Shown here piece after piece: positions 45,183 through 57,588 of a stretch of DNA of 64,000 bases. The stretch comes from Vicugna vicugna (taxonomy: Eukaryota): positions 1,438,419 to 1,502,418 of the forward strand of contig MU058198.1 of NCBI GenBank assembly GCA_013265495.1, written 5' to 3'. Within the stretch, counting starts at the first letter, position 1, and each line of letters starts with the position of its first letter. The position numbers and the translations under genes were made by a program. Under the pieces are notes generated by a model that was given only the letters and a program-made list of their open reading frames with translations, searched no databases and had not been told where the DNA came from.

Positions 45183-47559
45183 TGCCTAAAATTCAAGCAT
45201 TCTTCATCTTGAGACAGGGTGAAGCGGGGAAACCAGTTTGTACTTTCTTTGTGTCACTGGGTTTATATACAGGTACTGTAGCAGGTGCTCATTTCATGTA
45301 GCATTCCTATTAAATGGAATATTATAGGTAAGGAAACCAGGAGCAGTGACTTCTGTAGAGAAAACACAGCCATTATATAGTCTGTCAAAATTGTAACTCT
45401 TGTGAAGCAAATTTCTGTAAGGCAAACTATTTTTTCATTGATGGCTATTATAAAATTGAAGGAAAAAGAGGCTGGCTGAAGATCTGCCAGATCCACCGCA
45501 CAGAGGAAAGTTGAAGACTTCTAGCTGTTAACCAGCACTGGAAGTCCCCTTTAAAAATTCAGTGTTTAGGAACGCTTCCTTTCAGGGTGAGACTGCAGTG
45601 TTACCCTTCACCAGTAGGTGCCTCCATCACACCAGAGCTCCCCGCTAGAACTGGAAGCTTCAGTTTTCAGTGAAACCCTCTCTTTTTTTATCAGCTCTCA
45701 AACTGTCAACATTCTGTGTTGGAGACAGGACATGGGTACAGACACACACAGTTCCCAAACTGACTTTAGCCCTCCAGGAAAGATGAACTAACATGACATG
45801 CAGTATGTATCATTCCAAAGAACCTTGTAAATTGATGCCTCCACTGGGAGCCTGCGGTTCCACTCGAGTATCCTCCAGTAATAGGACAGTTTATCAATAA
45901 CACATACGGAGGGATATCGTAGGGTTAAAATGGAATTCTGGGTGACTATTTTTAAAAATTGTGTGTATGTGTGCACACATGTGTGTAAATAAAACCTCTA
46001 GTGAGAGAGATCTGTAAGAAGTAGCAGTAGCCCTCTGGACCAGACTGCCTGACTGAATCCCAGCTTTCCTGCTTTTCAGTTGTGTGAACATGAATAAATT
46101 TGACATCTCTCTACTTGGTACATAATAATGGTACCTATCCTATAGGGTTGTTGTGGAGACGTGATGCATTCATAGCATTTTATAGGTTATAGGCGTAGAC
46201 AGTTACAGAATAGTCTTCTGTATAGCTTGAGTCCATTTTTATAGAAAAAATTATACAAAGATATGCATAGGCTTGGAACAAAACCTGGTGGGCTGTATGC
46301 CAAAATACGAAGTGTTTATTTCTGACTAGTGGGATCAGCAAATTCGATTTTACCGAATGCTTTTCTATATGTAGGCTTATTTTTAAAAAAATACTGGTTT
46401 TATAAGTAGAAAATAATAATTCTACTTAAAATGAACTCTCAAGGTTGCACCTTTGAGGCAGTGTTTAATCCTTTAAATGTAACTGCTATAAGATCTGGCC
46501 TTATGGAAGTTGGGAACCAGGAGCCAGAACTGAAGAGCTTGATATTGAATTGAGATACTGCAACTTTTGAAGTTCCCTTGTAAAGAGCAAAGTTCCCCAG
46601 GTATACTGCTGCCCTTTGCTGCAAGGCTCTGAGAACATCTTGAAACTGCCTGTTGCTGGATTCTTTCCTCTTGCAGCTGAGCTTCAGAGCTGTGGGAGCT
46701 CAGCTGCTGTTTTACCTCTTGAGAGTCCAGTCCTGAGACACAAAACAAGTGTTTGCCTAGGTTGGCGCTACAGCTCTGCTCCTGGGCAAGTCACCTTGTT
46801 TGAGTCCATTTCCGTGGCCTCAAAAATGAAGATGTATCTACTTTTAAGGATTATTAAGAATATTCAGATATTCAGTTTGTGGAAAATGACCAATAGTGGG
46901 CTGTGTCTGAGCCCACTGTTTCCCTCTGTGAGCCTCATTTTTTAAATGGTGACGCTAGCAACTACTTCATAAGGTTATCATGAGAATTAAATTAGGGAAA
47001 GCCTACATTTTACTGAGGATCATCTTTCAGCTGCAGGATCACAGAGCAGATGAAGGCTCCCTGTGCCAAGTGCACTCTGCTTGCTCCTAGGGAACAGCCT
47101 AGGCCATTCCTTTTCCTGGATAGGTGGGGCTGGAAGTTTCCCCATGGGCCCCCAACTCCAGAACTCTGCAGAGATGGGCCTGGAACAAAAGGCCTCTGAG
47201 GCCTCAGTCTGCACACACTGTTCTTTCAGCTGATGCTCCCACCTTTTGGAAGCCAAGGCTGCCAACTTGGCCTCTTGCAAAACACACATTCCATTCATAA
47301 GTGCGTTTGTGCATTTTTCCTCCCACACCCTTCTAGGCAGCCAATGCAAAGCTGCCAAGGCAGCTGCTGAAGCAGCTTCTCATTTGGGAGAAAAGAGCAA
47401 CTCAAAGGTTTTTCACAGAAAACTTGGTATAGGCTTTCAATATACTACTACCTAACTTTCTGGCCGCCTCGCTCATAGTGGGGTTGTTTGGGACACTCGG
47501 CCATGTTTGTTTTCATTTCCTTTTGTCCCCCCTTTTGTAGTCTCTTCCCTATTACAAAG

Positions 47560-48540
47560 GAAACCCATTAATGGCAACTTAAAATCCAGAAGAGTGACAA
47601 TCACATCTAATCCCACTACTCAGAGGCAATGACAACCACTACTTTACAATCTTCTGTCATACTTTTTCCATTATTCAAAAGCAGTTCTTAATAGCCGCAT
47701 TAATATTCCAACATGTTGATGTATGCCATGATTTCTAAAACAGTCCCCTGTTGCTGACACTGAATTTGTTCCCAAATGATACTGCTAAATCATAATCCTT
47801 GCACATCTTTGAAAGATAATATTTCTTGAGGAAAATTTTCTAGAAGTGAAGTTAGTAGGCTAAAGAATATGAACACTTTAAGTTTTTTTAATTCCAGGAA
47901 AGTTTTTACCTTGTGTTTGCTAGCATCAATTTGTTTCAAATCTTGGTCAATTTGATAGGTTAAAAAAGTTCTTCATTATACGTTTAATTTGAATACCTTT
48001 TAGATTGACATTTTTTCCAGAAGATTTTTGACCAGTTGTTTTTCTTTAATGAGTTGTCCATATCTTTTGCCCATGTTTCTGTTATTTTTCCACACTGAAT
48101 TTTTAAGGTCTCCTAATGAATTATAGTGTCCATTTGTCAATTATTGCAAAAATGTGTTTAATTTTTTAAGGTAAGTTTTAGTCTGTTCTTGTCTTTCATG
48201 ATTTGTTTGCTTTTATGCTTAGAAAGTCTTGACTGATTCAGAGATCAATATCCATTGATTATATATATGTTATTTATATATTATATACATTACATATATA
48301 TGTGATTTAATTTTTATACTTATGCCTTTGTTCCTCCTGAAATTTACTTTGGCACATGATAGCTTTCCCCCAAATATTTATATTTTACCCAATTGTCTAC
48401 CTTTACTACCCAATAAAGGAGGCTGCATCATTTATTGTGTAAGCCAGTGTGTACAAGAGCCTGTGTCTCAGTGTTCTTCTGTTTTGTCTTACACTAGTAC
48501 CATATTATTTTGTAGCTCTATATTGTAATAAACCAGCAAT
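47560..48540 (-). mobile_element. Decayed L1ME-like fragment
   Basis: T-rich; tagaagtgaagttagtaggctaaagaatatg and atatcttttgcccat, typical of old L1 ORF2 3' antisense. Confidence 0.5.
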
Positions 48541-50379
48541 TTGAGCAGCACCACCCCAGATAAACACTGAGCCCACAGAGTCTTCATCAGCATGGATTAC
48601 AGAACGCTATACAGAGTCCGATGCTCTGCTGCCGGCTGCACTGCTGCCATGTTCCACTCAGGCTTTCTCAGCACCCCTAAGGTAAGAAGAGTACCAGGGC
48701 TGGAAAGTTACAGAGGAAGAATGGTAAACCCAGGTAGGAGTCTTAGGGCTTTCAGAAGACAGGGCATCCTAACAAGTCATAGCAAAGGAAGGAAAGTGGC
48801 GGGGTTAAGGCTGGCTCACTTGCCTTAACTTCCCAGGCAACTTAACTTCGCTTCTGGACCCTGATCAAAATCACAATCCAGAGCTAGAGAATGGCTTCCA
48901 AAGCGAACCCAGCCGTGTGCACCAGCAGCTGGGCTTGAGAGGAGGGAAGAGGCCAGTGCTGAGGTGACTCTGGACCGTCAGTACTACCTTCAGGATACCA
49001 TTCTTGCTAGAAAAAGTCCACTCCACATACAGGTACACTTACTTGGTAATTGTGTGTTAGTCGCTTATCCCTTACCTGATCAGAAATTGGATGTTAGCCA
49101 TACAGCACCATGACAACACTTTGAAAAGCTCCATGCCCTATACAAGCACCCAAATGGATAATCTCCTCTTTATTATTCCCCACACTTCTATTTGTTAAGG
49201 CCCTGGCTGGGCTAAATAACTCAGAAGAGCCAAAGAAGACATAAGCCCAAGAGCCAGTTGGAAAAATAAGCATGTGCTTTAGAGGTAGACTTTTTAAGTG
49301 AGAAAAAGTCACCCCTCGCTTCCCTTCTAGCCTCTGTCTGATGCTGGCCTTGGTAATAAAGGAGGAAGAGAAAAGAGAAAATTCCAGGTCATTGAGGACA
49401 CCATATAACCCTCTCCTGGCTAGCAAGAGGATGTGGTCGTTACTCCTAAGTCCTTTCCAACTGTTGAGAAAAATAAAAGCATATCTAATGCCACCACTGT
49501 ACTTGGTATTTTTAGGAGATACCAACATGAGGCTGGCAATTCCTGGGAAGGCCATCAGGGCCTCCATTAAAGTGAGTAAGATGGCTAGCCAATAGCTTTC
49601 CTGAGTACGAGTAATAACTAGACAGAAAATACAATGAAAGGAAGCTAAGGGTCATAAGTGGTCGACCACAGTCAGACTTCTAGAATATGAAAGCCAGATG
49701 GAGCCATCAGAGGTCATGTTAGTCTAAGGCCCCCAATTCCCCTAATTTGGCACTGAGGGAAGTTGAGCCCCCAAGAGGGGCAGTGACTTGGGAGAGGTCA
49801 TGTCTGACCATGCCAACCCCCCTCCTAACCCTGGATTCCTTTCATTACTCACCAACATCCTTTTGGAAACCTTAAACTTATGTCTCAGGTGTTTTAAAAA
49901 TTATAGATGTTGTTTTAAGTCCTAACACTGATAGAAGTAAGTCTCTTGATTTTACAGATCAATTTCACTAACTTGCCAAAGATCACAGAGCAGTGGCCCT
50001 TGACAGTTTCAGCTTATCTCCTTTGCCTTAATCACTGCCAGCCTTCAGGAGCCATCCATTTAGCACAGTGTTCTAATTCACTTTTTATTCCTCTTGGGAT
50101 TCCCACGTCAGTTGCCACGGTAAGACTGTTTAGGTAGTGGCCCTGTGAAGCTCATTCGCTTTTTGCCTACAAATATTGGGACTCTGAAGGCGATTAAACT
50201 TGGTGATGGGAAGTGGGAGGTTAGCATACATGTTTGTAGTCTGGGGATCCTGTACTATCTGGATAATTTTCTAAAGCATAGGATTTGCCATCCTATATGT
50301 TGGAAGAGGCTCCCAGTGGGTAAATCTCACCCCAGCAGGAAGTCACTATTTTGTTTTTGTTTTTTGCAGAATTGTCAGT

Positions 50380-53300
50380 AGTCAAGTAAACAAATTTATT
50401 AAATCCAACAGCAGGTTACCTTCCAAATAAAAAAAAAATGTAGACAGACAAAAATGTAACAAGTTAAATAAAATATTGAAGGGGCCACCTGGAGAGTGCA
50501 ACAGTGCACAGAATACAAATCAAAGTATTAACTTGTCAAGTTTGTACAACTTCAAGAAACAGACACACTGGTCACAAACTAAGAGAAATCACAAAGGTGG
50601 AAGGTCGTATGAGTAGTGGACTCATCACCTCAGCGGGTTAAGGCAGGGTACCTATAGGACCAACTTATCCAAGCCCCATTTGCCTATTGCTTCAAATTCC
50701 CCCTTTGAAACTTAGAATCATATTCATTAGTGCAACAGGTTAAGAGCAACTAGTCACAGACTCAGGAGGCTGGGAACCAGGGTCAGAGGGAAGACATTTC
50801 TCCCAGAATAAACGTGTTGGTGGGGGGAACCACAGCAGCTGTTGAATGGCTTCCTTTGGTAACATCCAAGATTTGTGTTGAAAGTAGTAGGGAGGAAAGG
50901 TGGGTGGTCGAAGAGCAGGCTGTTTCCAAGCAGAACAGGGAGGGTGTGATGCCCCAGCACCTGAATCAGAAGCAGAATCTGGTGGGTACTCAGCCATCTG
51001 AACCAACCTTGCTTCTGCAACCAGAACTCAAGCATCAATTTTGTCTTTCAATGAGGAAACACATCTGCAGATCCTGAGTCGAGGTTAAACTGGATATATG
51101 CTATATAATTACTGCTTAGCAAAGGAATAAACTCTAAAGGGGGAGTGGGTGGGAACTCCCTCTGATTCAGAAAACTAGAGTAAGAGGAAGGGCAACATCA
51201 CATGTTTTCAAATGACCCCCAATTAACATTTACTGACTGAACAGTGCTTTCAGTCCATCTCATTTAAACAAGATACTGCTGGAGTCCCCCAAGGAAGACC
51301 TTTGTCAGTTACCAAGATGTTCAGGTGGTCACTAAGCATGAGACAAAAGAAAAATGACAGAACAGGCAATTATAAGAAAACAAACCTAGCAGCAGCTTCC
51401 TTCCAGCCCTCACCTTGTAATTGTGTAACTGGGTCTACCTTTGGGTTTCACTGCAGTGAAGACTTGACTTAAAATGCGGCAAACCGAACATAGTCCTAAA
51501 TACAGATCTTCTGTTTTGGTTTTTAAACTTTTCTACCAGGTCCTTAGCCCAGGAATTTCCCACCACTGCTTATACAGTCTGGCACAGTACAGCATAGTAT
51601 ATACAAGGCCATCACAAGAACTCTGGAGCCCCACGCCTGGCGGGCTCCTGCACTCAGGACTGCATTTTGGCACCAGTCCCTGGGAGATACAGTTTCAAAG
51701 ACCAGCTAATACTGTGTGGCTATCTTCTTTCCAAGAAGGCTAGTTTGCACTTTTCCTTAGGGAAGTTTAATTTTGAAAACACTGCCTGGTACATTTTCAG
51801 TTGATTTCCTTGGGCCTGGAGGCTTGGTTAAAATTTGGATCTTGACCTGGCTCTAGATTTTTCTTATCAGAAGGGTAGAAATGGCATCTTGGACCCAACC
51901 CATACATGTGGGCACATCTGGCAGGGAGAACTCCTGAGGCAACCGGCTGACACACAGCAAAATGTCATTATAGGAGGCGGGGTTAAGAACAATACATTCA
52001 AATTTGGCAGGGGTTGGGGAAGAGCAATCCGGTGGAGCACACCTCATCTCATATAGCTTTCTAATCACTAAAGAAACACAGAAGCTCACACACGAAGCCA
52101 TTTGCCAAAATCCAAGCAATTTCCCAACATTGTTTTAGTCACTCTCAGCTATTTGCCTATTTTTAAAATGACATCCACATCCTGCCCCTCTCCACACCAC
52201 CACACCACCCTGGTGTCACGTTGTTAAAGTGAAGGGTGCACTGGCTTACCTGAGAGGCAGGCATTTGGCCTCTCCCACACAATTACTGCTCACTCATTAA
52301 GCAACAAAGCTATGCCTAGGAGAAGAGGAACAGGGACCTTCCATTTCCCAGAAGTGTATCTCCAAATCCTACACACCCCCACCTTGGACCTCTGCAGAAA
52401 AACCGCTTTTCCTACGGTCATGAGAAAGTCAGGCACTGGCCCAGGTGACTGCAAAAGCTTGAATTCCTTGCCTCAAGGGCTCAAACCTGGAAGCGAAAGT
52501 AAGTCCTTCCCTGACCATTCCTTTTCTGGCTTCTCATCTGCACTTTTGTAACAAACATTAAAAATATAACCAAAAGTAATTTTTTAAATGGCTCTTTCAT
52601 GGGGTTGGGGAAGCTGAATAGTTGAATTTTTTTAAAAACAATCCACCAATTACAGCACACTTAATGCGTGGATCGCCCTCTTACAGGCTGGGGAAGGACT
52701 CCAGGTCCTCCAGAGTCCTCAAGACACTCAGTGTTTACCTCTTTTGTACCCTTTTCTCCATACCTGGCTAGGAGCAGCCTACCTTTACCCTTCCAGTAGT
52801 GGGAAAAACTGGGGGCTGCAGACTGGCTGGATGAGAAGACGGCCTTGTGAACACCTCAGTCTAGGCACCCTGACTATAGCTGAGCCCACAGACCCTGCTG
52901 GGACCCCTAGAAATTCTTTATACGAGGATCCTGTGTCTTAGGCTAGAACAAGGCCAGACATCTGGCCCGAGACCCTCATCCCCTTTCCAGCAGTATCACT
53001 GATCCACACTGGCTGATTTTAAAGTTTCCCATCCACCCCTCTAAAGGGGCAAGTGTCAGGGCTGGGATTCAAAAAAAAAAAAGTCAAACTTCAAGTGCGT
53101 TCTTTATGTCAATGCCAATTTTAGGAAAACATCAACTGCAGAAACTCCTTAAATCATCTTTGTAAAGATGGGAGCCTGAAGCCGTAAGGCTACTAAATAA
53201 AGGGACTCAAAACAAGCAATTCCTGCCCAGGCTGAGAGACATGTACCTGGGCAGGCGATGGGGGAAGTCAGGGGGGAAAACTCCAGATGTTTAATAGACA

Positions 53301-55073
53301 AACTCTCATTACCTCAAGAGTATAAATATTTTTGTAAGTTTTTTATTTAAAAGATTCCCTTTTCAATCTGTTCCAAAGTGTTGGAAGCTGACCTGTACAA
53401 GTTCCTGCCACCCACCCTGCCAGTATAGTTTTATGAGGACATTTTTTTTTTTAATGGAAAAATAACAAGAGGACCCTCTACTGAAACCAGGTAGGACCAG
53501 TCAGCTCCTGTGTGGCAGCCTGGCCCAAGCTGGCCTCAGGGAGCGAGCACGTGGGAGTCTGGGGGGACGGGACTCCCTCTTGGGAGGAAAGGGCTGAGAA
53601 AGTTCACCTCCTCTTTAGTGAAAATGGTCCAAATTCAGACTGAAAAACCTCCACTATGATGTTCCCTGGCATTCTTCTTATACTTTATATATTGAAGGCA
53701 GCTCCCTTTTATAGCCAGTTTTAGCAGGTAGAGAAACAAAGGAATCCAGATACATATATGTGTATATATATATTTTATATAGGTAAAATATATACATATC
53801 TTATATATGTATACACACATATTTAGGGGTAAGGGAAGAGGGCCGTGTAAACCTAAACAGTCATCACATTACCCCAAATGAGCCTGACATTTACAAAGAA
53901 GATAATAAATAACTTTTGGGGCTTAAGTGACAACGTGGGTGCAGCAAGAAGGGAAAGGGCACACGTTTAGCTATTAAATACACTTCTGTATTTGTTTGGC
54001 AGAGTTCAGGCCAGCCTCAGGCTTCTGCACTTGCCAGACAAGTAAGCTGATGATACTCAAAAAAATTAAAAAAAAAGAATTCAAGCAGAGCTCCATACCA
54101 CAGTTTTCCTTCAAGTCAGTTGGCCGGCAGGCACAGTTTTCCGACCACCAGGAACAGAAACTTTGGCTCCAAGGCAAATGAAAAAAAAAAAAAAAAAGTA
54201 TTTCCACTTACAACATGAAAATACATAAACTTCGTCAAAGAAAACTATCAAAGTCTACTTCCAGCAAAACTGAGGTAGCACTGCTTTCTCTGCATTCAAT
54301 GCTTTAAGTGGTTTCTCAGTACAACGTGATCGAAAAAACTGCTCACTTGACTGACAGGTGCAGCATGTTGATGGATAAACTCAACATGAAATGAAATAGG
54401 TCAAAGGAGGAATGAGCAAGAAGTGGGGGAAATAAGGGTTTCAGATAAATTAGCTTAAAAAGAGGTTATAACTAGACTACAAATGCTCTTGGCTGGCCTT
54501 GGCTCTCCAAGAGCTTTAAATTGCCTGGGAATTAATGCAATGTGGTTAACAGTTAACACTGCTATTCAACTCTGTGTAAATCTTTAAAAATAATTATTAC
54601 AACCTAAATTCAACCATGTAAATAGCACTACACACAGTACAGACCTGCCCTGAAAAACAAGAATATGCAAAACTGAGATCTGGCACTGTATCATTTTGTA
54701 ATGATAATTCAACCTAACTGTCCCATTCCCCCTCCCTGCCCTACACCCTCCCCGACCCCCCCCAAAAAACTTAATTTGTGCAAGAAATGGCAGGCTTATT
54801 CTATCTGAAGGCTTAAAAAAAAAAAAACACAACATGTAACCAGGTTCAAATATTTTGGGGGAACCCCCCCAAAAAAGGAATAACCAAAATAACCAAAAAG
54901 TGAAGAAAGTGCCTAAAACATGATACAGCATTTTAGAGCCCTTTCAGATACAAGGCAGAGAAAGGTGTAAAGTAGAAAATATCCGATCTTCAGTAATTTC
55001 CAGAAAGGTCCGATTCCTCGGTGGGCTGCAGGGCAGCGGGCAGGTCCTCGCTGCTGCCCCTGAGACAGAGCCA
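50380..55073 (-). other. DCUN1D3: Probable long DCUN1D3 3'UTR (about 4.7 kb)
   Basis: Repeat-poor sequence, U-rich on the minus strand, ending near minus-strand AATAAA at 50395-50400; proximal AATAAA at 53342-53347. Confidence 0.6.
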
Positions 55074-55557
55074 CTAAGTCTGCTCCTCGGGACACAAGCC
55101 CTCGGGCCCTGAGCTGAGTGCGCCTCTCCCTTCCCCTTCTCTTTTCCTTCGTTCCATTTCCCACTCCACAAAGGTGTCAAAGAGACTTGGCCAGGCCTCA
55201 TCTTCGCTGTAGTTGCTGAGGTCGGGGCCAATCACCTGAGTGAAGTTAAGGAACATGTTCCAAGTGTCCCTGGAGATGCCTTTGATCCCCGAGGGGTTCT
55301 CTGTTAGGAAGTTTAGCCACTGGTCCAATACCGGAGGACTGTTCTGGGTAAAGACTAGTTTCCACAGGGCAATGGCTATTTCCCGATGCAGTGACCGCTG
55401 CCCTTCTTCAGAGTCCAGGCCGAACTGAAATGTAAACCTGTAGAGATCCTTGAATTTATCCTCTTGTTTGGCTTCTGTTAAGAGGCTGGGGAACCGGGCA
55501 CAGATCCCATCAATGCTGTCTGCACTTATTGCTTTGCAGCCATCAAAAAACTCCTTC
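55074..55557 (-). CDS. DCUN1D3: DCUN1D3 coding exon 2 (KEFFDGCKAISADS...LCPEEQT*)
   Basis: gttgcag|G acceptor; TAG at 55076-55074. Confidence 0.95.
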
Positions 55558-57588
55558 CTGCAACAGGAAGGAGGGGGCACAATTAGTAACTGTAAACGCT
55601 ATCATTTAGCGAGACGCAGTACAGAATTGTAATTAAGAGCGCGGCCGCGAGGCTGGGTGGCCTGGATTTGAACTCCGGCCCCTCCGCTGACGGTAGGCCT
55701 ATTTCTCCATCTGTCACACGGTGGGGGTGCCACCTTATTTCACAGGGCTTTGGTGAGGACTAAGCAAGTCAGCACGTCAACTGCTTCTGACGGTGCCTGG
55801 CACGTGGTAGGCGGCTGACAATGGTTCGTCTATTCATCTTTCCAAAGCACAGCTCAAGGCTCCTGCTCGGTGGCCCGTTTCCCATTCTGCGACAGTGATT
55901 AAGCCGCAGACTCTCCTCCCAGACAGGGAGTCTTTCTGTTTTCCATTTGATTCTCTACAAGGTGTTTGCTTTTGGAATATTTTTGGTGACTGCCAAGGGA
56001 AGCTTTCGGAGCCAAAGACTCTGGATGAACCTGGGTAACTGCCACCAGAGATCAAAGTTCTGTTGCTAAAAAACAAAAACTTTGTGTTGGGGGAACTTGT
56101 ACACAAGTGTTCACAGCATTGTTCTGCATAATAGCAAAAGTGAAAACAACTCAAATATTCATCAACTGATAAATGGGTAAACCAAATGTGGTGTATCTGT
56201 CTAACGGACACTGACCATAAAAAGAGGGAAGTACTGATACATGTTCCAAGACGGATGACGCTTACAAGCCAAGTGAAAGAAGCCAGTCGCTAGAGACCAC
56301 ATGTCGCATGCTTCCATTTCGTCAACTGTCCAGAATAGGCTAAGCCACAAAGATCAAAAGTAGCTGAGTGGTTGTCAGGGCCTGGGGGAAGGGAGAAGTG
56401 GGGAGTGACTGTTAATAAGTATGGAGTTTCCTTCTGGTGATAAAAATGTCGATCACCTCCTCAGAGACTGCTGGTTCTGCTAAAACAGAACGTCTGAGGT
56501 GTGTCCGGTAACCTATCCCGGGGCTAGACATTATACTGAGGGGTTCTCAAAGTCAGTTCTTCCTACTTATAATCCAGTGTCTGCAAACCACACCTGGGGG
56601 TGACCCTGCCATGTTGTCTCCCAAACACATCCTCCACAGGGACGCGTGACCATAACAATGTACACAACTACTGCCTGACAACCGGGGCCAGCTGGCCCTG
56701 CCGGCACATACGCTGGCCAAGGGTAATGTGTGGACACCGAGACGGGGCACCTGGGCTCACGCAGGCACAGAGGCACGTCCCCAGTGGCATTCACCATACC
56801 GGCACTCACGGTGCCTGACGCGTGACGGGTGTACAGCAAGTATCAAGTGAGTGAGGAAGTGAGTGAACTGACAAGCAAAGGACTCAAGGAAGAGACAAAA
56901 GTCTGAAACAGCAGTGGGGCAGGGTGGCAGCTTGGTAACACGGATTACTCCTCATTTAACTTTCAGGCAAAGATGGCTGGTGGGTGCCCAGTTTTTCAGC
57001 GGCTAAACAGCTTTAGAGAAAGTGGTCAGAAAAAGAAATTAAGACTCACCCCAAACCCTTGAAGCCAACCCACTTCTACCCTAGCCAGGCACCACCACCC
57101 AATGGTGCTCTCCTTCCTCCTCTGCTCACCTGGTAACACGAAGTATTTGTGACTAACCTGGTGAATTTGCACATGGTAGCAGCCTGGAACTTCCAAGCCA
57201 AGAGCAGCACTCGAAATTCCGTGGGGTCGACACACAAGTCATTGCAAAAGCGCTCCATGCCTTCCTCCAAAATTGCATCCTCCCGCTCGTCCTTATAGCG
57301 CCTGAACAGCTCCTCCAACCTCTGCAAGGAAGACTCTTCGGCATTCGACTTGGGCTCTCTCCCAGCGTCTCCCGAGGATGTTGGCAGCTGGCAGGCCTCG
57401 GTAGCAGCCTCTGCCTTCTTGGTCCCGTTGACGAGGATATCCCCACCTGGCTTGCCACAGGTTGGCAGCTGTTCCTCACGGTGGCCTGCACCCCGCCTGC
57501 TGTGTGACTTGCTGCTGGGGTCACGGTCTCCATTCTTGCTACCCAGAGTTGATGATGGATTCTTGCATTTGGTGACACACTGGCCCAT
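55074..57588 (-). CDS. DCUN1D3: DCN1-like protein 3 (cullin neddylation co-E3), 304 aa
   Basis: complement join(57158-57588,55074-55557) = 915 nt. N-terminus MGQCVTKCKNP (N-myristoylation-type Gly2); DCUN1/PONY domain ...FKDLYRFTFQFG...ISRDTWNMFLNF...YSEDEAWPSLFDTFVEW. Confidence 0.97.
56095..56450 (+). mobile_element. L1MB-like 3' fragment in the DCUN1D3 coding-region intron
   Basis: ataatagcaaaagtgaaaacaactcaaatattcatcaactgataaatggg...aagtgaaagaagccagtc...gtggttgtcaggg. Confidence 0.8.
57158..57588 (-). CDS. DCUN1D3: DCUN1D3 coding exon 1 (exon begins at 57693 with 105 nt of 5'UTR)
   Basis: Acceptor ttccag| before 57693; ATG at 57588; donor CAG|gttagt. Confidence 0.95.

Noticed and set aside
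49094..49595. 157-aa minus-strand ORF and overlapping 84-aa ORF between REXO5 and DCUN1D3
   Set aside because: No recognisable domain, splice structure or promoter; consistent with chance.
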